Of a DNA stretch of 64,000 nucleotides, positions 47,279 to 61,800 are shown piece by piece. A program made the translations under genes and the position numbers. The DNA comes from Podarcis vaucheri (Eukaryota), in assembly GCA_965113315.1 (NCBI GenBank), contig OZ220366.1, one strand, 5' to 3'. The notes beneath the pieces are model-generated. The model was given only the letters and a program-made list of their open reading frames with translations, ran no database searches and was not told where the DNA came from. The stretch's first letter is position 1. Each line of letters begins with the position of its first letter.

Positions 47279-50200
47279 GTACACTTGAAAGCACACTTTG
47301 AAGTAAACCACAATAAATTGAAACCAAATTTCCAGCATTCCTGTAGATCAGCGAAAAGCATAAAGCTCAACTACATTAAAGTAGCTAGACATCAATGTAC
47401 ATAATAAATGAACTTTTCCCTTAAACATAAGACTAATCTTGCAAGTTAGTACTGTACTAGTTTCAGAAAGTGCTGAACTAGAAACCATCTACAGTAGGTC
47501 TTGGAAACCAATACTTCTGTATAAAAAAAGCAGTTACAGAGAGTTTCTAAGTTTTCATATTCCCCATAGGTCTATGTTGAATTTAAAATTATGAATTTCT
47601 GAAAACTTTAAATTTAGTTCAAATGCAAAATAGTAGTTGACGCTCGTGGCGACGAAAAGTGTAATTTGAATATACTTGCAGGGGGCGGGTGATGGTGAAG
47701 CAGAGATATACTAAAAGCTATTAAGTATTTCAGAATAGGCTTACACATTGAAATAGCTGCTCCACCACCACAATGTACAGTTTTCGTAAGTTTGTAACAT
47801 GCAAGAAAGTCAGTATTAGTCTAGTAAAAGGCCTGTCACACTTAACTAAATTTCCCCTCGACTGTCTTTCCCCCTAATGCTTGCTTGTGGTAATGGCGAC
47901 TCTCAATTGTAATTAATGCTTAGAAATACTCAAAATACAATTGAACGTGGGCTGCAGCGGAATCAAAGTAACATGGCCAAAATAAATGCAATATTAGAAA
48001 TGAAAAATGTGTCAGTAGCATTTATATCCAAAAATAGAATTCCTATAGAGGTGGCTACAGAATTGTGGGTTAAGCTTAGCTCATTTATCTCTAGACAGAG
48101 AAAAATACTTCCCATAGCTGGAACAAATTTCTCAGTCCTAATAGGACTAACAGGAAACTCATGGTGAATTGGCTATGTAAGTTTTGACACTAGTCACACT
48201 CAGAATAAGACTCATGGAAATCAATGGACAAAGTGCACTGATTTCAACAGATCTAACCCAAGCATGATTTACAGAGAAATCCAAGCCCCTGATCTGCTAT
48301 AGTGGAAGGAGTTTGGGTGGTGCAAAGGTATCCCTCTGCCCAGCCCCGCAGGCAAGAACCCCCTTGCACCACCCAGCAGCCTCTCCCGTTGGTAGTCAGC
48401 AGGAAGCCCTGAAATGGGGTGTTGTGGGGGGAAAGCCAGCACTGGATCTACTGGATGGCATTGACTCATTTTAGGTCTTTGTTGCACTGAGAGCTAGTGC
48501 AGCGAAGGGGCATTTCCCCTCCACTCTGGCTGGGACAAGTTCTGGGGCTGTGCTGTTCCATCAAGCCTTGCCATTGCTGGCCAGAGCATATGGTTGCGCA
48601 CTAAGCTGGATATTAGCCTATGAAGGGCCAGTGTGTTAAGTGACAGCAGTCTTAACAGATGAAACAAGGATTATCAAAATTGTTAAATTGGGGGGGAGTA
48701 TATGCTAACTTTTCCTCTTCCCAACTAGACTCTTTCTGCCTTGATCACTAAGGTCAACATAATACAGGAATCAGCATTTGGTTCTGAAAGGTGCTGCCAG
48801 CCTACAGTTACCACCCTAAGAGGTAAAGTATCTCTGGAAGAAATGCCATTTGTGGCAACAGAACTAGCTAGCAGCCACTTAATGGGGTAGGAATTGAAAC
48901 TTAACCCACTTACTCCTGTGTGAAACTGATCTCGCAGGGGAATTAATTGCTGAGCAAGGACCTAAAATGTAAGATAGCAAGAACCCTGCTGCATGAGACC
49001 AAAGGCCTATCTAGCGCAGGTTCCCATTTCTCTGTGGTCAACCAGATGCCTTTGGGATGCCGACAATTAGGTCATGAATGCAATGGCACTCTCCTGCTCT
49101 TACCAGCATCCAATGGAATACCAGCTCTGTGTGCTCATACCACCATTAAAGCACATTCTAAGCACATGGTTTCTAAGCACAGGGTTTGGAGCACTGTAGT
49201 TTACCCCACAGTTACAATTTCCAGCAACCCTTAACAAACTACAGTGCCCAGAATTCTTTAAGAGGGGAAAGGTACTTTAAAAATATAGTGCGGACAGAAC
49301 CCCAGGTCCTTGAAGTAATATATATTAGTCATTATTAGGAGATACGGGTGGACATTACCCATCTTGAATCAGGTTCCAAAATTATGAGGGAGAAAAACTT
49401 TGCTATGTATTTCCTTCACACTAAGCATAAATTTATAGAACTCTTATGATCCCTGCTTATGTGCCTTTCTTTGAAAATGTTTAGTTCAAAACATTCTTAG
49501 TTTTTAAGTTACCTAAACAATCTTCTCTGCTGAAAACTAGAAGTTAATTTGTGAGATTCATACATTGAAGAAAGAAAAAAATAATAATTATGTACCGAGC
49601 AAGAAAGCATGTCCAATAACAAAATAAAAGTACATAATGAGGTGGCAAGTATAGGTAGAGGAATAAAATGTGGAGTAACACACAGAGAACCTTTAGCACT
49701 GACGGGAACTTGTTTTGAGGAATTGAGGTGCAGCAGGAATTATGCTGATAAACTAGGAAGCTTACACCAAGGAACAACCAATGCAATGGGAGACACTTCA
49801 ACAGAAAAACATAATTTTTTAACAGCTGTTCAAAGTAGTAAGTAGCAAAATATAGGTATGCCAGCCAATTTGATCCAATAATTAGCACAATACAATTCTG
49901 CAAATATATCAATTTCTTAGAGGAGGTTTGAAAATGAGGCAGCACCAGTTAGATATGAGAAAGTTTCATATATAATCATGGCAGATAAGAGATAAACCTT
50001 TGGCTGGCTTATCACATATGCTGCTTAATAAACTCCATAATCACTTCCAAAAAAATGCTTGACACAACTAACAAACAATAGAAATCCCACACATGAAAAC
50101 ATTATGCGCTACGTGTGAACAAGTCAGTTCTTGTGCTTGAGCAAATAGACTTCGTTTCAGTCCTGGGGATCACTGTTGGCTGTATAGCTGCTTGCCCAAT

Positions 50201-51626
50201 GCCCAGACAGGAGTAACCCCAGGCATTTCTGCTGCCTATCTGTAACTGATTGATGTGCCAATAATTTTGTTCACACCAATGTATTTGCAAGGCAGGGAAT
50301 GTGTTGAGCAAACGTGTGAAGTTGCTACAAAAACTGCTAATTGGAAGGTTAACACTTTGAATTAAGACAGAATAGTGCGTTGCTGATGATCAGTATCATA
50401 TATTGACAAGACGCATAGGAACACCACATTCCAAAAAGAATTAATTCTCTGAAGGACAACAGCTAACTTTTGTATATAACTTTCAAGCATTCGAAGTGCT
50501 TCAAACATAATCTAGCTGTAATCCTTACAACACTGAGCCAAATCAGTTTTATTATCCAACCCAGTACAAAATTAGGGGGACCCGAGGTTGAGAGTAATTT
50601 GCCTAAGGGAACCTAGGGTAAAGGCAGATTTAGGGGAGCACAACTGGTTTGGCTTCATTGGGTGTGGAGCTTTAGGGGCCCCACAGGGGACTCCGCAACT
50701 ATGATTTAGAACGGAGTGCAAGAGGCAGTTGCGTGCGCTGAATTTTGGCATCACACATGGCACTGCTGAAATTCTGAGACCCAAGAGTCTGCCTAGTGAG
50801 TATATGGCAGAGGTGAATTTAAAACTAGGAACATCCTGATTTGTAGTTAAAATCTCTTAAGCCACTGCAGTATTCTAGCACTATTTAAGCACCATCTTTT
50901 TAACTCACCCTGTGATTTACCTGAGTGTTCCTGCTTCTGCAGTATTTGCTGTTAAGCATGCTGGAATTCACTATGGTTTAAAGCCACAGCAGTACAGAAT
51001 TTATGCCACAAGTGGATTTTGATAATCTGAGCAAAATCATGCAATTCATTAAGTCAAACCGTCTTCATAGGCCAGCACAGATGATATGCCGCAAAAAGCT
51101 TCAGGTAATCTACTACTTCTGCTGTAATGAGGTTCTTTCACAGTTAACACAGATAAAGCCCAGCTGCAGTTCTACAATATAGCAAGTAAATCCTTTGGAA
51201 TTTAGTATTTCATTGGACATCTGATAGCAAGCTACTCACAATGAGAAGACAGGAGAGGGAACAATGTTTGCACAAGCATCTAGTCACAAAGAATTATTTT
51301 TCTTCCTGCTCATGCTGCATGCAGTTCTCAAAATTGAAGAGAGAAAATTCTAGACACTAGGCAAGCTCCTCTTATATGCTTTGTGTAAAATAAATTGAAG
51401 GTGCATATGGGTTTCATCCCATTTTAACTATCAATGGTTTAACACAATAAAAGGCTTCCCAGTCCATTTAGGGCTTTCAACGAATAAGGACTCAAGCAAT
51501 AATAGTCTCCTACTAGCCACAAGAAAATGGTAGAGACAAAAGATGAGTTCACACACGTTTATAGTGTGTGATTAACACATGGCAGCTTATTTCCACATGT
51601 GTGAATGGGCTTCCCTGAAAAGGACT

Positions 51627-51970
51627 GGGCTGGATCCTAAGAATTGCTCATGGAAGGAAAACAACAAAAGGGGATTGTCCTTCTCCCTACACTGTCCAAC
51701 ACCCTTTTCTGAGGGTTTCTTGAGGGGTGGGCTATGGCACAGTGGGATGGGGAGATTGTCCCAACTCAGACAGCAGAACCTTGTGCAAGTGCATCTTTGC
51801 TGAAGACACTTCAAAATCTTGGCCAATTCTCCCCTTTCCCCTAGCTCCCAAGGTCATAACCCACCCAGGATTTTCAACCCTCAGAAAAGGTGATTTGGAG
51901 GTTTAGGAGGGAGAGCAGGCAGGTTCTTTTCTGCCCACTTCCTTTAATGAGTGGTTCCTAAGATCTACTA
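51627..51970. mobile_element. Palindromic MITE-like element
   Basis: Perfect 15-bp inverted repeat CCTTTTCTGAGGGTT (51703-51717) / AACCCTCAGAAAAGG (51876-51890) inside degenerate terminal inverted repeats. Confidence 0.5.
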
Positions 51971-52739
51971 ATCTACTGTAAATGAGGTGATGCATCTACA
52001 GTCATGATGAGCCGCTACTATGCCAGCCACAATATTCTGTTATCTTCCATAATCTCCATTCAATAAGAGTGCTTGTTTTCCCCCACAATTGTTTTTCCCT
52101 ATAACTTTCTCTAGCATCCTACATTTTCCTTTTTGGGAAGATTTTTTTTAATAAAAAAAAATACATACTACCATAGCTTGCTTAACAAAGAAAGAAAAAC
52201 AAATGTAAATGTTTAGCCATATAACATTTGCTAGTGTTACCAGCATGTTTATGAATAATTCAGAGCTTTTTTTGGGTGGGGGGATTCTCTTGGTTCTCTT
52301 GGAACAACTTATGAAAATTGTCCCAGGAAAGCTGCACTGAAATGCAAGGGAGGTATGAAGGAAACACTTAGGAAACATCCTTATAGAAAAGATGGACACC
52401 ACAACAAATTAATATTTTGCATTCAGTTCAAAATGGAATTGCACTTTGCGATAATACCACTGTGGTGATGAACATTCGCTTCTATACAAATGTGTAGCTA
52501 AAGGAACAACAGCATACTTATTCTACTCCCATCTCTTTACTTTCCTTTGTTATTTAGTAATGACATGAATTAATGACACCCAGAGTTTAATACACTGCCT
52601 GGAAAAGGTTTGCTAGTTACAACTTAAATCCAACTGGGAAGCAAATTTATTCATTACATTTGTGTTTCTAAAGCTAATTCTTTAAAATTAATGGTCCTTT
52701 TAAAAAGACATAACATGGCTTAAGAATCATGAGGTTTAA

Positions 52740-55700
52740 AATTCCATTTTGGATTCTTTTTATTTCTCTTTTGCTTTTTGAATCTTCAGTGGACACTGCA
52801 GACATACTTTTGTTTCCACAACCACTAAAATCTATTAGTTTTTAAATGAAAACTGAGGCTCCCATTACTTTCAGCATTCAAAAGCTCTCCCAAAGTGACA
52901 ATATGTAATGAAGACCCAGCAAGTTGGTAGCCATGCATACCTCCTTAACTAGAGTGATTTAGCAGCGCTAACACAAAAACAGAACGTTAAGGTTCGCTCA
53001 CTGAAGTCAGTGGCAAAAATTCATTTGCACAAAGAACTGCTTCTGGTAAAGCAAAGGAAGCTATTTACACAAACACAGTCTGATACAAACACACTAAAAG
53101 CTTTTCCTACGGGTGATCAGTTTCTATATATTTAATGTCAAATGATTAGGAAAAATGTAGGATTACTGTTGGATAGATTGCTTTTATGGAAGACAGGGAT
53201 TTCCCATTAGCTGTTACAAACAAAAATTAGGATTCAATAATTAGCAGAAGAGTAAAATTAAACCTTTAGGCACTTTGAGGACTTGTTTTAATGTGTGCCA
53301 TTCATATTGAGGTATTACATTACAGCTTTAAAGTGACTGCTGCCAAAACTCTGACAGAAGCATGCATTAATTATTATTCAGAACATTTTCACTTAAAATG
53401 AATAAATGAGACATTTTGCCAAGAAGGAAGAAAATGATTTTTCAGGTTTCTGCTACACATTAATTTTAAAGAGGCAATAGTCTCAGGAGTCTCTCTTCCA
53501 GGGGGAAAAGATAACCCGCAATACCTCCTAAGTAGTTGTCTGAAAACTATCTCCAGGAGGGTTTTGTCATAGCCTTGTGAAAGTAAGTTTAAAAAAGAAA
53601 GAAAAAGAAAAAGTATTTTCACAATCACTTGACACTAATCATTTTTCCAAGGCCAAAGTAACAAGTTCCATGTTCCTGTATAGAAAGATAGTCTTTGAAA
53701 AAACATTTTTAACAATAATTACTGGTCTAAGGAAATATGAACTGTTGCAGCTCTAATACAAAACAGGCTAATATTTTGATTTAAGTCAACACTAAACATA
53801 CCCCCGTACATGGGGAATGTTTCACTCAAACGTTGTCAACCAATCCAATTAACTGCTGTTAGAAACATAACAATTAACATGAATACTAGAGAAAATCTGG
53901 AAGGGTAAAGTGATCGCTGCTACATAGAATATTTAAAAATGGTTTAAGACTATCTTATTACACTAAATGCAAAAGAACGCACTTGTGAGTTTCTCACTTT
54001 GTTCAACTATAAATCCTCAGTTTGATAAGCTGCATTTTTGTATTAACTCAATTGTATAAAATACCTTCAAGCTTGTGCTCATTAAATATATATGTATATA
54101 TAAAACATACAAAAAGTACAAGATAGTCACATTAAGAAACTATTACAGTTTTCCTTTTTTATTCTTGTCAAGGGTCAAATTTCTGTTCACCAATTCTCAA
54201 TGCGACTTTAGTTCCAGAATTCGGTATAGTGCACAGAATTCAACTACCTGTGCAGTCTGTTTTAAAAAAAAAAACCACACACACACCACAGGACAAAAAT
54301 GGTCTTCTTAAATCAAATTCTATTTGTGAATTCAGCAAAATAATTTCTATAAAATAAAACAGCAAATATTTAAATAGTATAGGGTGGGCTGTATCTGTTT
54401 TGCAGGGGTATTTGGTTTTTCGACAGATTCCAAAATAATTACACACATTCAAGTTACCAATTTTAATTTAAATACAGTATTTACTGATGTCTTCCTTGAA
54501 GTCCTTAAACAAATGTTTACTCTGGAATAGAGATACCTCAGTTTTGTATTTGACTAACCAGTAGTTTGTTTGTTTTTTTAATAATCAATCTCTGCTTCTA
54601 AGGTTTCGATTTCTCTTATCATGGACAAAGAGCTAAGATTCAATTCTTGTTTTCAAGTAGAATTGTGAACGAGCAGAAAACCAGCAAGTTAACTTGGTGC
54701 AGTGGCACTCACAAGTATTGTGTGATTTTGTTGACTTCCACTTCACTGCAATGCAGTAGAAAGGAAAGTGTTAGAAGTTTATCAAATAAGCTCTACCAAA
54801 GAAACAAAACAAGCACACCAAATACAGTCTATTATGCTCCAGGCATCCTGGCATAGCAAAAATTTGCATATTTGTTTTAAATCTTTTAATTTCCTATTAC
54901 TGAAAACTAAGTGTTCTTTTATCCCACCCAGAGACAAAACTGTCAAACATCAGATGTGAGGAACATATGTGCAACTGAAAACCACCTGTTTGTCACATTG
55001 CCCAACCCTCCCCTCCCTGTTTTATATTCTAGGTGGCAGAAGAATAGGCTCTGAACAACACAGTTGTCACTCTGGGACAACTGTAATTTTTCTTTCCTCA
55101 CTGGCTACACTAACCTGGTGTGAAGCCATGCTAAATGTTACAGCTTAACTATAGCTTCAAAGTGATTAACCTAATACCAGAATGAAAAAGGCAATGAAAA
55201 AAGACCTAGAAACAATGTTACATCACCAATTTTCCACATCAACCAAATAATTAAAAGGTTACCAGTCATTACGTTGCTCATAGTAAAATTGACTCCAGTG
55301 GCAAAGAATTAACATGAAACTATTTTTCTGGTTGACATGGAGAGGCTTACTTTTTTGGGGAAAGAAGTTGATCCAACTGCCATTAGGCAGGCAACACTGG
55401 TTGTAGAGCGCAGCGGATATATCAAGAAATTAATTGTTGTAGATCTGTGAGTCTCATCAAGACAAAAAAATGTTTCTTGCTTAAGAATNNNNNNNNNNNN
55501 NNNNNNNNNNNNNNNNNNNNNNNNNNNNNNNNNNNNNNNNNNNNNNNNNNNNNNNNNNNNNNNNNNNNNNNNNNNNNNNNNNNNNNNNNNNNNNNNNNNN
55601 NNNNNNNNNNNNNNNNNNNNNNNNNNNNNNNNNNNNNNNNNNNNNNNNNNNNNNNNNNNNNNNNNNNNNNNNNNNNCCAGACACAGAGAAAAGTTGGACT

Positions 55701-55753
55701 GTAAGGCCTGGGTGCACAGTCTTGATGGGGCAAGTTAATTATGTGCATTTCCA
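52740..55753 (-). other. USP9X: USP9X long AU-rich 3'UTR (N gap 55489-55676); candidate AATAAA at 54158-54163 and 52759-52764
   Basis: AT-rich sequence with no recognisable transposable elements after the stop codon, carrying minus-strand polyA hexamers; true end unknown. Confidence 0.55.
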
Positions 55754-55888
55754 CTATTCTTTCGTCTGAGGCGGTGAAACCTCTTCACTGCCTTCATAAT
55801 TTTCTTGTGCTCGTTGGCCAGTTCGCTGAGGGTTGTTCATATGATGTGCTGCTGGGCCAGTATATGGTTGTCCATGCACATGGTTATT
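55754..55888 (-). CDS. USP9X: USP9X terminal coding exon
   Basis: [47 protein letters not shown]. Confidence 0.96.
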
Positions 55889-58800
55889 CTGGAAGAGACA
55901 AAACACATGTTAAGAATAACTTCTATATTTCCCCAAAGAAGTAGCTCAGGGAACTGGGCAAGCAATAATTTATATTTTTAAATTACAACTAGAGAGCTAC
56001 TCACACTTACCGCCAACTAAAAATAGAACAGATAAATTTGCACTGAAATTGAAAGGTCAAGGTTACAGTTAATTAATTCCAACTTCATGCAAAAGCTGAA
56101 GCTTTATGTGAAGGTCCTCATAACAAATCTTCAGAAATGAAATGGTGGGGAGGAAAGTTTTAATTAGTACACAGAAACAGGAAGTGATAATTGTGAATGG
56201 CCTTTCTTCCAAAGGGACAGTATATTTCTTGTGTCAAACTTAATAAAATGACTTGAGGTGATCATCATCAAATATGTTTGTTTTAACTGTTAACACACCT
56301 AAACTGGCAGATGTAAAACATTCGTGTACCTTTGTGTAATGTGAAGTTGGGTCAACTATGAAGCTAAAATTGGACTTAAAATATAGCCATTGTGCATGTT
56401 AGCAGGTGAAAAAAGCCAGCTCTTGTGAGAAAGTGAAGACACCACACACTAACAAATAAGGGAGCTGGTGGTTAAACGTGTTTCAACTTTGAGGAGACTG
56501 GGTCTATATCACTTACCAACTGCTCTGCTGAACACATCGATAAAGAAAGCAAGATGAAGGAAAATGAGCAGGAAAGGAAATTAACAGATTAAGGATATAG
56601 AATTAATTATTTAGGAAAGGAAAGGGAACAAATACTGGTTATGTATGAGTTACGAAGGTAATGCAAGATAATTACAATTTTAGCTTTCTGGAGTTAGCAC
56701 TACATTTACAAAGGCATTTAACTTTTAAGAGATGTACATACATGCAACTTAAGGTCACATGGTGTTATACATGAACTATAGCAGGGCAGAATCAGACTTC
56801 AATGCTGGTTCAGAAACTTCTATTAGCAGATCACTGTGTGCAAAACGTAAGTGAAATTTTAGGCATTTCACTATGTTAAGGTTGTATAGGTTGTTTTCTA
56901 AAGTGGTCTTCAAAGCATCAATGGACATGTCATATTGGGGGAATTTAGTTTTTCTCTGGATGCACCTGTGAGTTGATTCAAGTTGGCTTGCTGGCTCACA
57001 GAGAAAAAAGTTAGATAATTGTTCCCATATAATAGTTGTCTGTGAGGGCATTCACAAGATACTTAAAACAAAAAACCTGCCTGCACATTACACTTTGCTG
57101 GAAGAGTCTGTCTACCTGAATCACATTCTATGATGTTCTTGTGAAACAGTTATCCTTCTCCTAAAAGGAATAAAACTGGCAATATGTTTTTTTAAAAGCT
57201 GAAGCAAAAAGTTCAAAGGATACCAAAATGAATTGACATGTTTTAAAGATAATTCTCTGCTTACCTGTTGATACTGGGAACCAGGCGAATGGGGATACAA
57301 TGGAGCATCTTCTGGTGGAGAGGACTCATGCTCATCAGGGGCATCTGGGTCATCTGGTTCCTAAAAATGAAAATTGTCCATTAAAACAAAAAATAAAGCT
57401 ACTTTTCACATTTAAATTCCTTGCCCTTATTTCGTCTGGCAATTGATTGGACCCAGAGAAATTCATGCAGAATGTGTGGGTGGAAGCTGATTACCCTGCC
57501 GCTTCCATCACATCACTGCCCACTATCCCAGCCTCTTTTAAGGGTTTGGGCAACCCTGATATATGGTTGGCTATGACATGGAGCATAAGGGAGGAACCCC
57601 AAAATAAAAATCTGGGCAGATTCTCCCACCCCAAATGAATCAGAATACCCAGACACTTGGAAGAAGCTCCTTTTGAGAAGGAACAAGAAAGAAATTCAGC
57701 TTCTGCCAACCCCTTCTGCAGGAACCTCTCTAAATCCTATACTATGCAACAGCTATCAGAAGTAGATGCTGCTATATTAAGAACTACAGGTTTGGAGGTT
57801 GTGGACAGAGGAGTGCTCAGTCCCCCTTGCCTCTCACAGTGATAACTGGGGGCACTTGGTACAGTGGAGGACTTAACTCCTGCCTACTTATGAGTTCCGA
57901 AGTCTCACTAAGCTAGAAACAACTCATAAATCTTATAGTTCCAGCTAGCATTTCAACTATGTAACTAACATATATTTCTATCAGGAATTTTATGAAACAA
58001 GTTGTTTGTCTTCCAAAGAATGCCAAAACAACGTTAGTTGTAAATTCACTCCTTACCTCCTCTGGGCACAGCTCACAAGCTTTTGCAAGGGTCATTCTTG
58101 CACTGTGTGATCTCTCTAGGAAGTAGCCATTTGATGTTTCATTACTCTGGACCGGAGGAGACCAATTGTTATATGTATATTGTGGATTGCCAGTGTATGG
58201 CCTACGTTCAAGCTCATCTCCAAGCCACTCTACTGCCCAGGTCCACTTTCTCTTCAAATCTCCATTACTCTGAAAAGATGAAAAAAAGGCCATTCAATAT
58301 TTTAAAATTACTTCTAAACACACCTCAGTCCAATGCAGCTTTTTAAACGGGGTGTATAGTTTCCCATTCATTACTCTTGATTTTTGTAAAACAAAAAACC
58401 AAAGCAAACAAAAAATACTCCAGTAAGGTCGCTGCGGTTCTATTTTGTCAATGATGCTTTAGTTGAGATACCTCCATTGCAGGGCGTTCGACTCGATAAT
58501 CCCTTCCAAACCTACAATTCTGTTCTAATTTTATTTCTATGAGGGAATAGACATTTGCTCTTGGTGGTGTTTTCCCCAATTTATTTGGATAAAATATACA
58601 AGACCATGGCTTTATCTTAGTGACTCTGCAGAAAGAGTTCTGTTATAACTAAACTTGGCTCAGCCCTGTCCCTCTTTTTGTAGCATTAGAAAAATAGAGA
58701 AAGTAATTTTTTCTTGAGATAAAAGTAATTACCTGTAAAATCTGGTAGGCTACTGGACAGTTGCTGAAAAGAGCTACCATACACTTTATACACTGGTAAG

Positions 58801-61800
58801 CCCTTTTCTGATAATGATTCTTAGAGCGTTGAATGGTATCAAATAGCCCATCCCGGTCATCTGGTATTCCTTTAAGTGCATTGTGAATCCTAAGAGAATC
58901 CCAAACACAGCAAAAAGTCAGAATTTCACACAGACTATAAACATGCATGTAAATGTCAGCATCATAAATTAAAATGTTGCACAAGCTTAGACCCAGTAGA
59001 TCCAGATAATCAGTGTCTGTACTTGCAAAACTGTGGGTGTAAGACACAATCTTAGGAGAGGCACGCCCCCTCTACTCATAACAAGATGGAATGTCTCTCT
59101 TCTAGGATCTTGCCGTATCATTACAGAGTACCAGTAGTTGTGAAGCACTGTCAGTGATATTTTTAATTTTTTTCTTCACACCCTCTTCTAAAAGGGTGAC
59201 ATCTAAATATGCAGAATGTGTTCATTTTCTCACTTGGTAATCACCATTATGGCCTGTACCAGATTTTTTTTAGAGCCCATGCAAAGTGACCTCAGGTCTC
59301 CATTTCTGCCTAAGCTTTCCTGAACCCAGCTTCTGTTTCTCTACCATAAACTCCCTCCACTTCCCTGCAGAAATAAAATTAAAAATCCTTTTGAGCTATA
59401 GCCTGAATGATTTTTATAGCAGATTGATTCACACAAAATAGAACAGTCAACCAATTTAATAAGGCTCAGTGTTTATATAGCAGTTTTCCCAAGAACTCAA
59501 AACAGTTCCCCCTCATCTCAGTAGTCCTTCTTGTCTTCTTCCTGCTAAAGTATGCCGCCATGATCAACGTCCACCCAGAAACCTATGTCCCCAATCTGGA
59601 AAGATGTGTGGATCCAGAATTGGCTCCCCCAGTCACTTATGGACTCACTGTTAAGACTGTGTTCATGGAAGACAATCTTACTCGGCTACGAGTGATTTCC
59701 AAAGAAGGTACACCAGTATTATCACCCCCATGTAACAGATGGGAAGCAGAGAAGAGAATAATGCTTTATCCAGAACCACCTAGTGCATTCTCAGAGAAGA
59801 TAGCTGAACCAAGGAATTAACAGTTTTAACAACTAAACTCATCTGTAAAATTTAATTTAAAGTAACAATTGCACAAAAACCTTACTAGCTAATTTATCAT
59901 ATACATCATACATATCAATCTCTCTCTCTCTCTCTATATATATATAGGTATAGGTATATAGAGTGCATGACCATTTGACAGTCACTTTGGATATGGCTTA
60001 AGGTACTTTATTGTTTCCAGTAGGCAACTAAATATGTTATGTCTCCATGAAGCAATCACCAAGAATTTCACACAGAAGCACCACATTATTAATGCAAAAA
60101 ACGCAGAATCCAAAAACACAAGAAACCCAAGTGCTAACCTGTGAGTCTGCCAAGAGTCCTCAATTAGCAAGATTTGCAGAAGGAGATCCAAGTACGGTCG
60201 AAGTTCATATGTGTATGAATATGCAACCTTTAAAAAGTGGAATTTGAGGAAAATATTAACATGCACTTAATGATTATTTAAGTGTGTAGTACAGGAGAAT
60301 TCATGCTATGAATAACTGGATGGGTACAGTATTATATTATGAATGAGCTTTCGTTTCAACGCCGCAAGCCAAGGAAATATTTCTGTTAAATTAGGCTTTA
60401 TCATTGAAAGAGCATTCATTTTCTCTGGTGGTGACTTTTTTTAAAGTAACCACTACTTGTTGCAACTCTAAAGACTAACAGGATGAAAATCAAGGGACAA
60501 TGACATCTGCACATCAACCTCTTGAATAAAACACACCTTTCCTGACATTTTAATCATTTTTTACCTGCCAAAGTAGTTCACTAAGGACTGTAGATGAAAA
60601 CTGAGGATTCTCCCAACAGCAGAAGCGAAGTAGTTTGATGGTCTCTTCTGAGTTACTGCAGTCTTCAATTATTTTTTTCACATAACTAGTTCGCACAAAC
60701 AAGATGTCTGCCACATTCTGCTGAAGTGCCATTATAGGCTGTGATAAATTAGTATCACCATAAGGGTTGCTAAGTGGAGGATTACCTAAAAAGAAATTTG
60801 TTATATTATTTTTTATTTGAACTACAGAAACCAACAAGGTACTATTTAATGTCATCTTTTTAATTACTTCACAGAACATGTGAAGTACATTACATACATA
60901 TGTGAAATGTCTCTTGTTCGATTATGAAAATCGCTATTCTGTAAGTATTCACCTAGGCCAAGTCTGACAGATGCAGATTAAACTTCTGATGTAACAGTTA
61001 TGATCACTGTAAAACATTGCGGCTGGTTTTGTAAAACATGGGGTTTGGTAGTATTCCTTAGTGAAAAATCAAAGTCTTTACAATTAAAGAAGGCTTTTCT
61101 AAGACTTCCCTTGGAATAGGCTTAACTTGCACTAGCAAAATATGGAATAGTTGTGTCACATCTAGACACATTTAAGAGAACCAACCGTTGCACATACAGT
61201 TCTGGTAATACAGAAAATCCTCAACTTACATGGAAGGTTACATTCCAGGGATCACGATCACGCCTAAACTAAAAATCAAGTATAGGCAAAACACATTGGG
61301 TACAATGGCAGGTGGGACTGCCGAAGTCTTTTCTCCTGGATGCCAGTCTCCTTTCTAATTTCTTTTCTTTAAAAAATGCCAAGCATGGAAAGCTGAACGA
61401 GCACAACTTAAACGTGTGTAAGTTGTGAGCTTACTGTATTTTAATGATTTGAAACTTTTCCAAATCTTTAAGTAAACACAGGCCAGCGTAACAGACAAAA
61501 GATTAGTGAGATGCCATGATGAATAATAAACTGCCACACACATTTAATCACAAATATATTCTGTTTAAATGCTCCAGAGTTAACAGTACCGTTGATAGAA
61601 GACTGCATACGTGATGACACATTGCAACAGCGGATTAACTGGGACACCACAGTATAGAGTTTGCCTAGTTCAGCATACTGGTATTTGATTGGAGGACCTG
61701 GGCCTTCATCCAATGCCACAAGCATAAATGTGGCAGGTACATTTAGTTTTAAAAGCTGTGTTTTTTCTGCTACACCTAAAGGGAAGTTGGAAAAAGAGGA

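Noticed and set aside
57657-59820. Shared VLSPPC peptide in two antisense ORFs in neighbouring USP9X introns
   Set aside because: A six-residue match among roughly 250 short ORFs is expected by chance, the Ser codons differ (AGT vs TCA), and the 57.4-57.8 kb frame is interrupted by stops.
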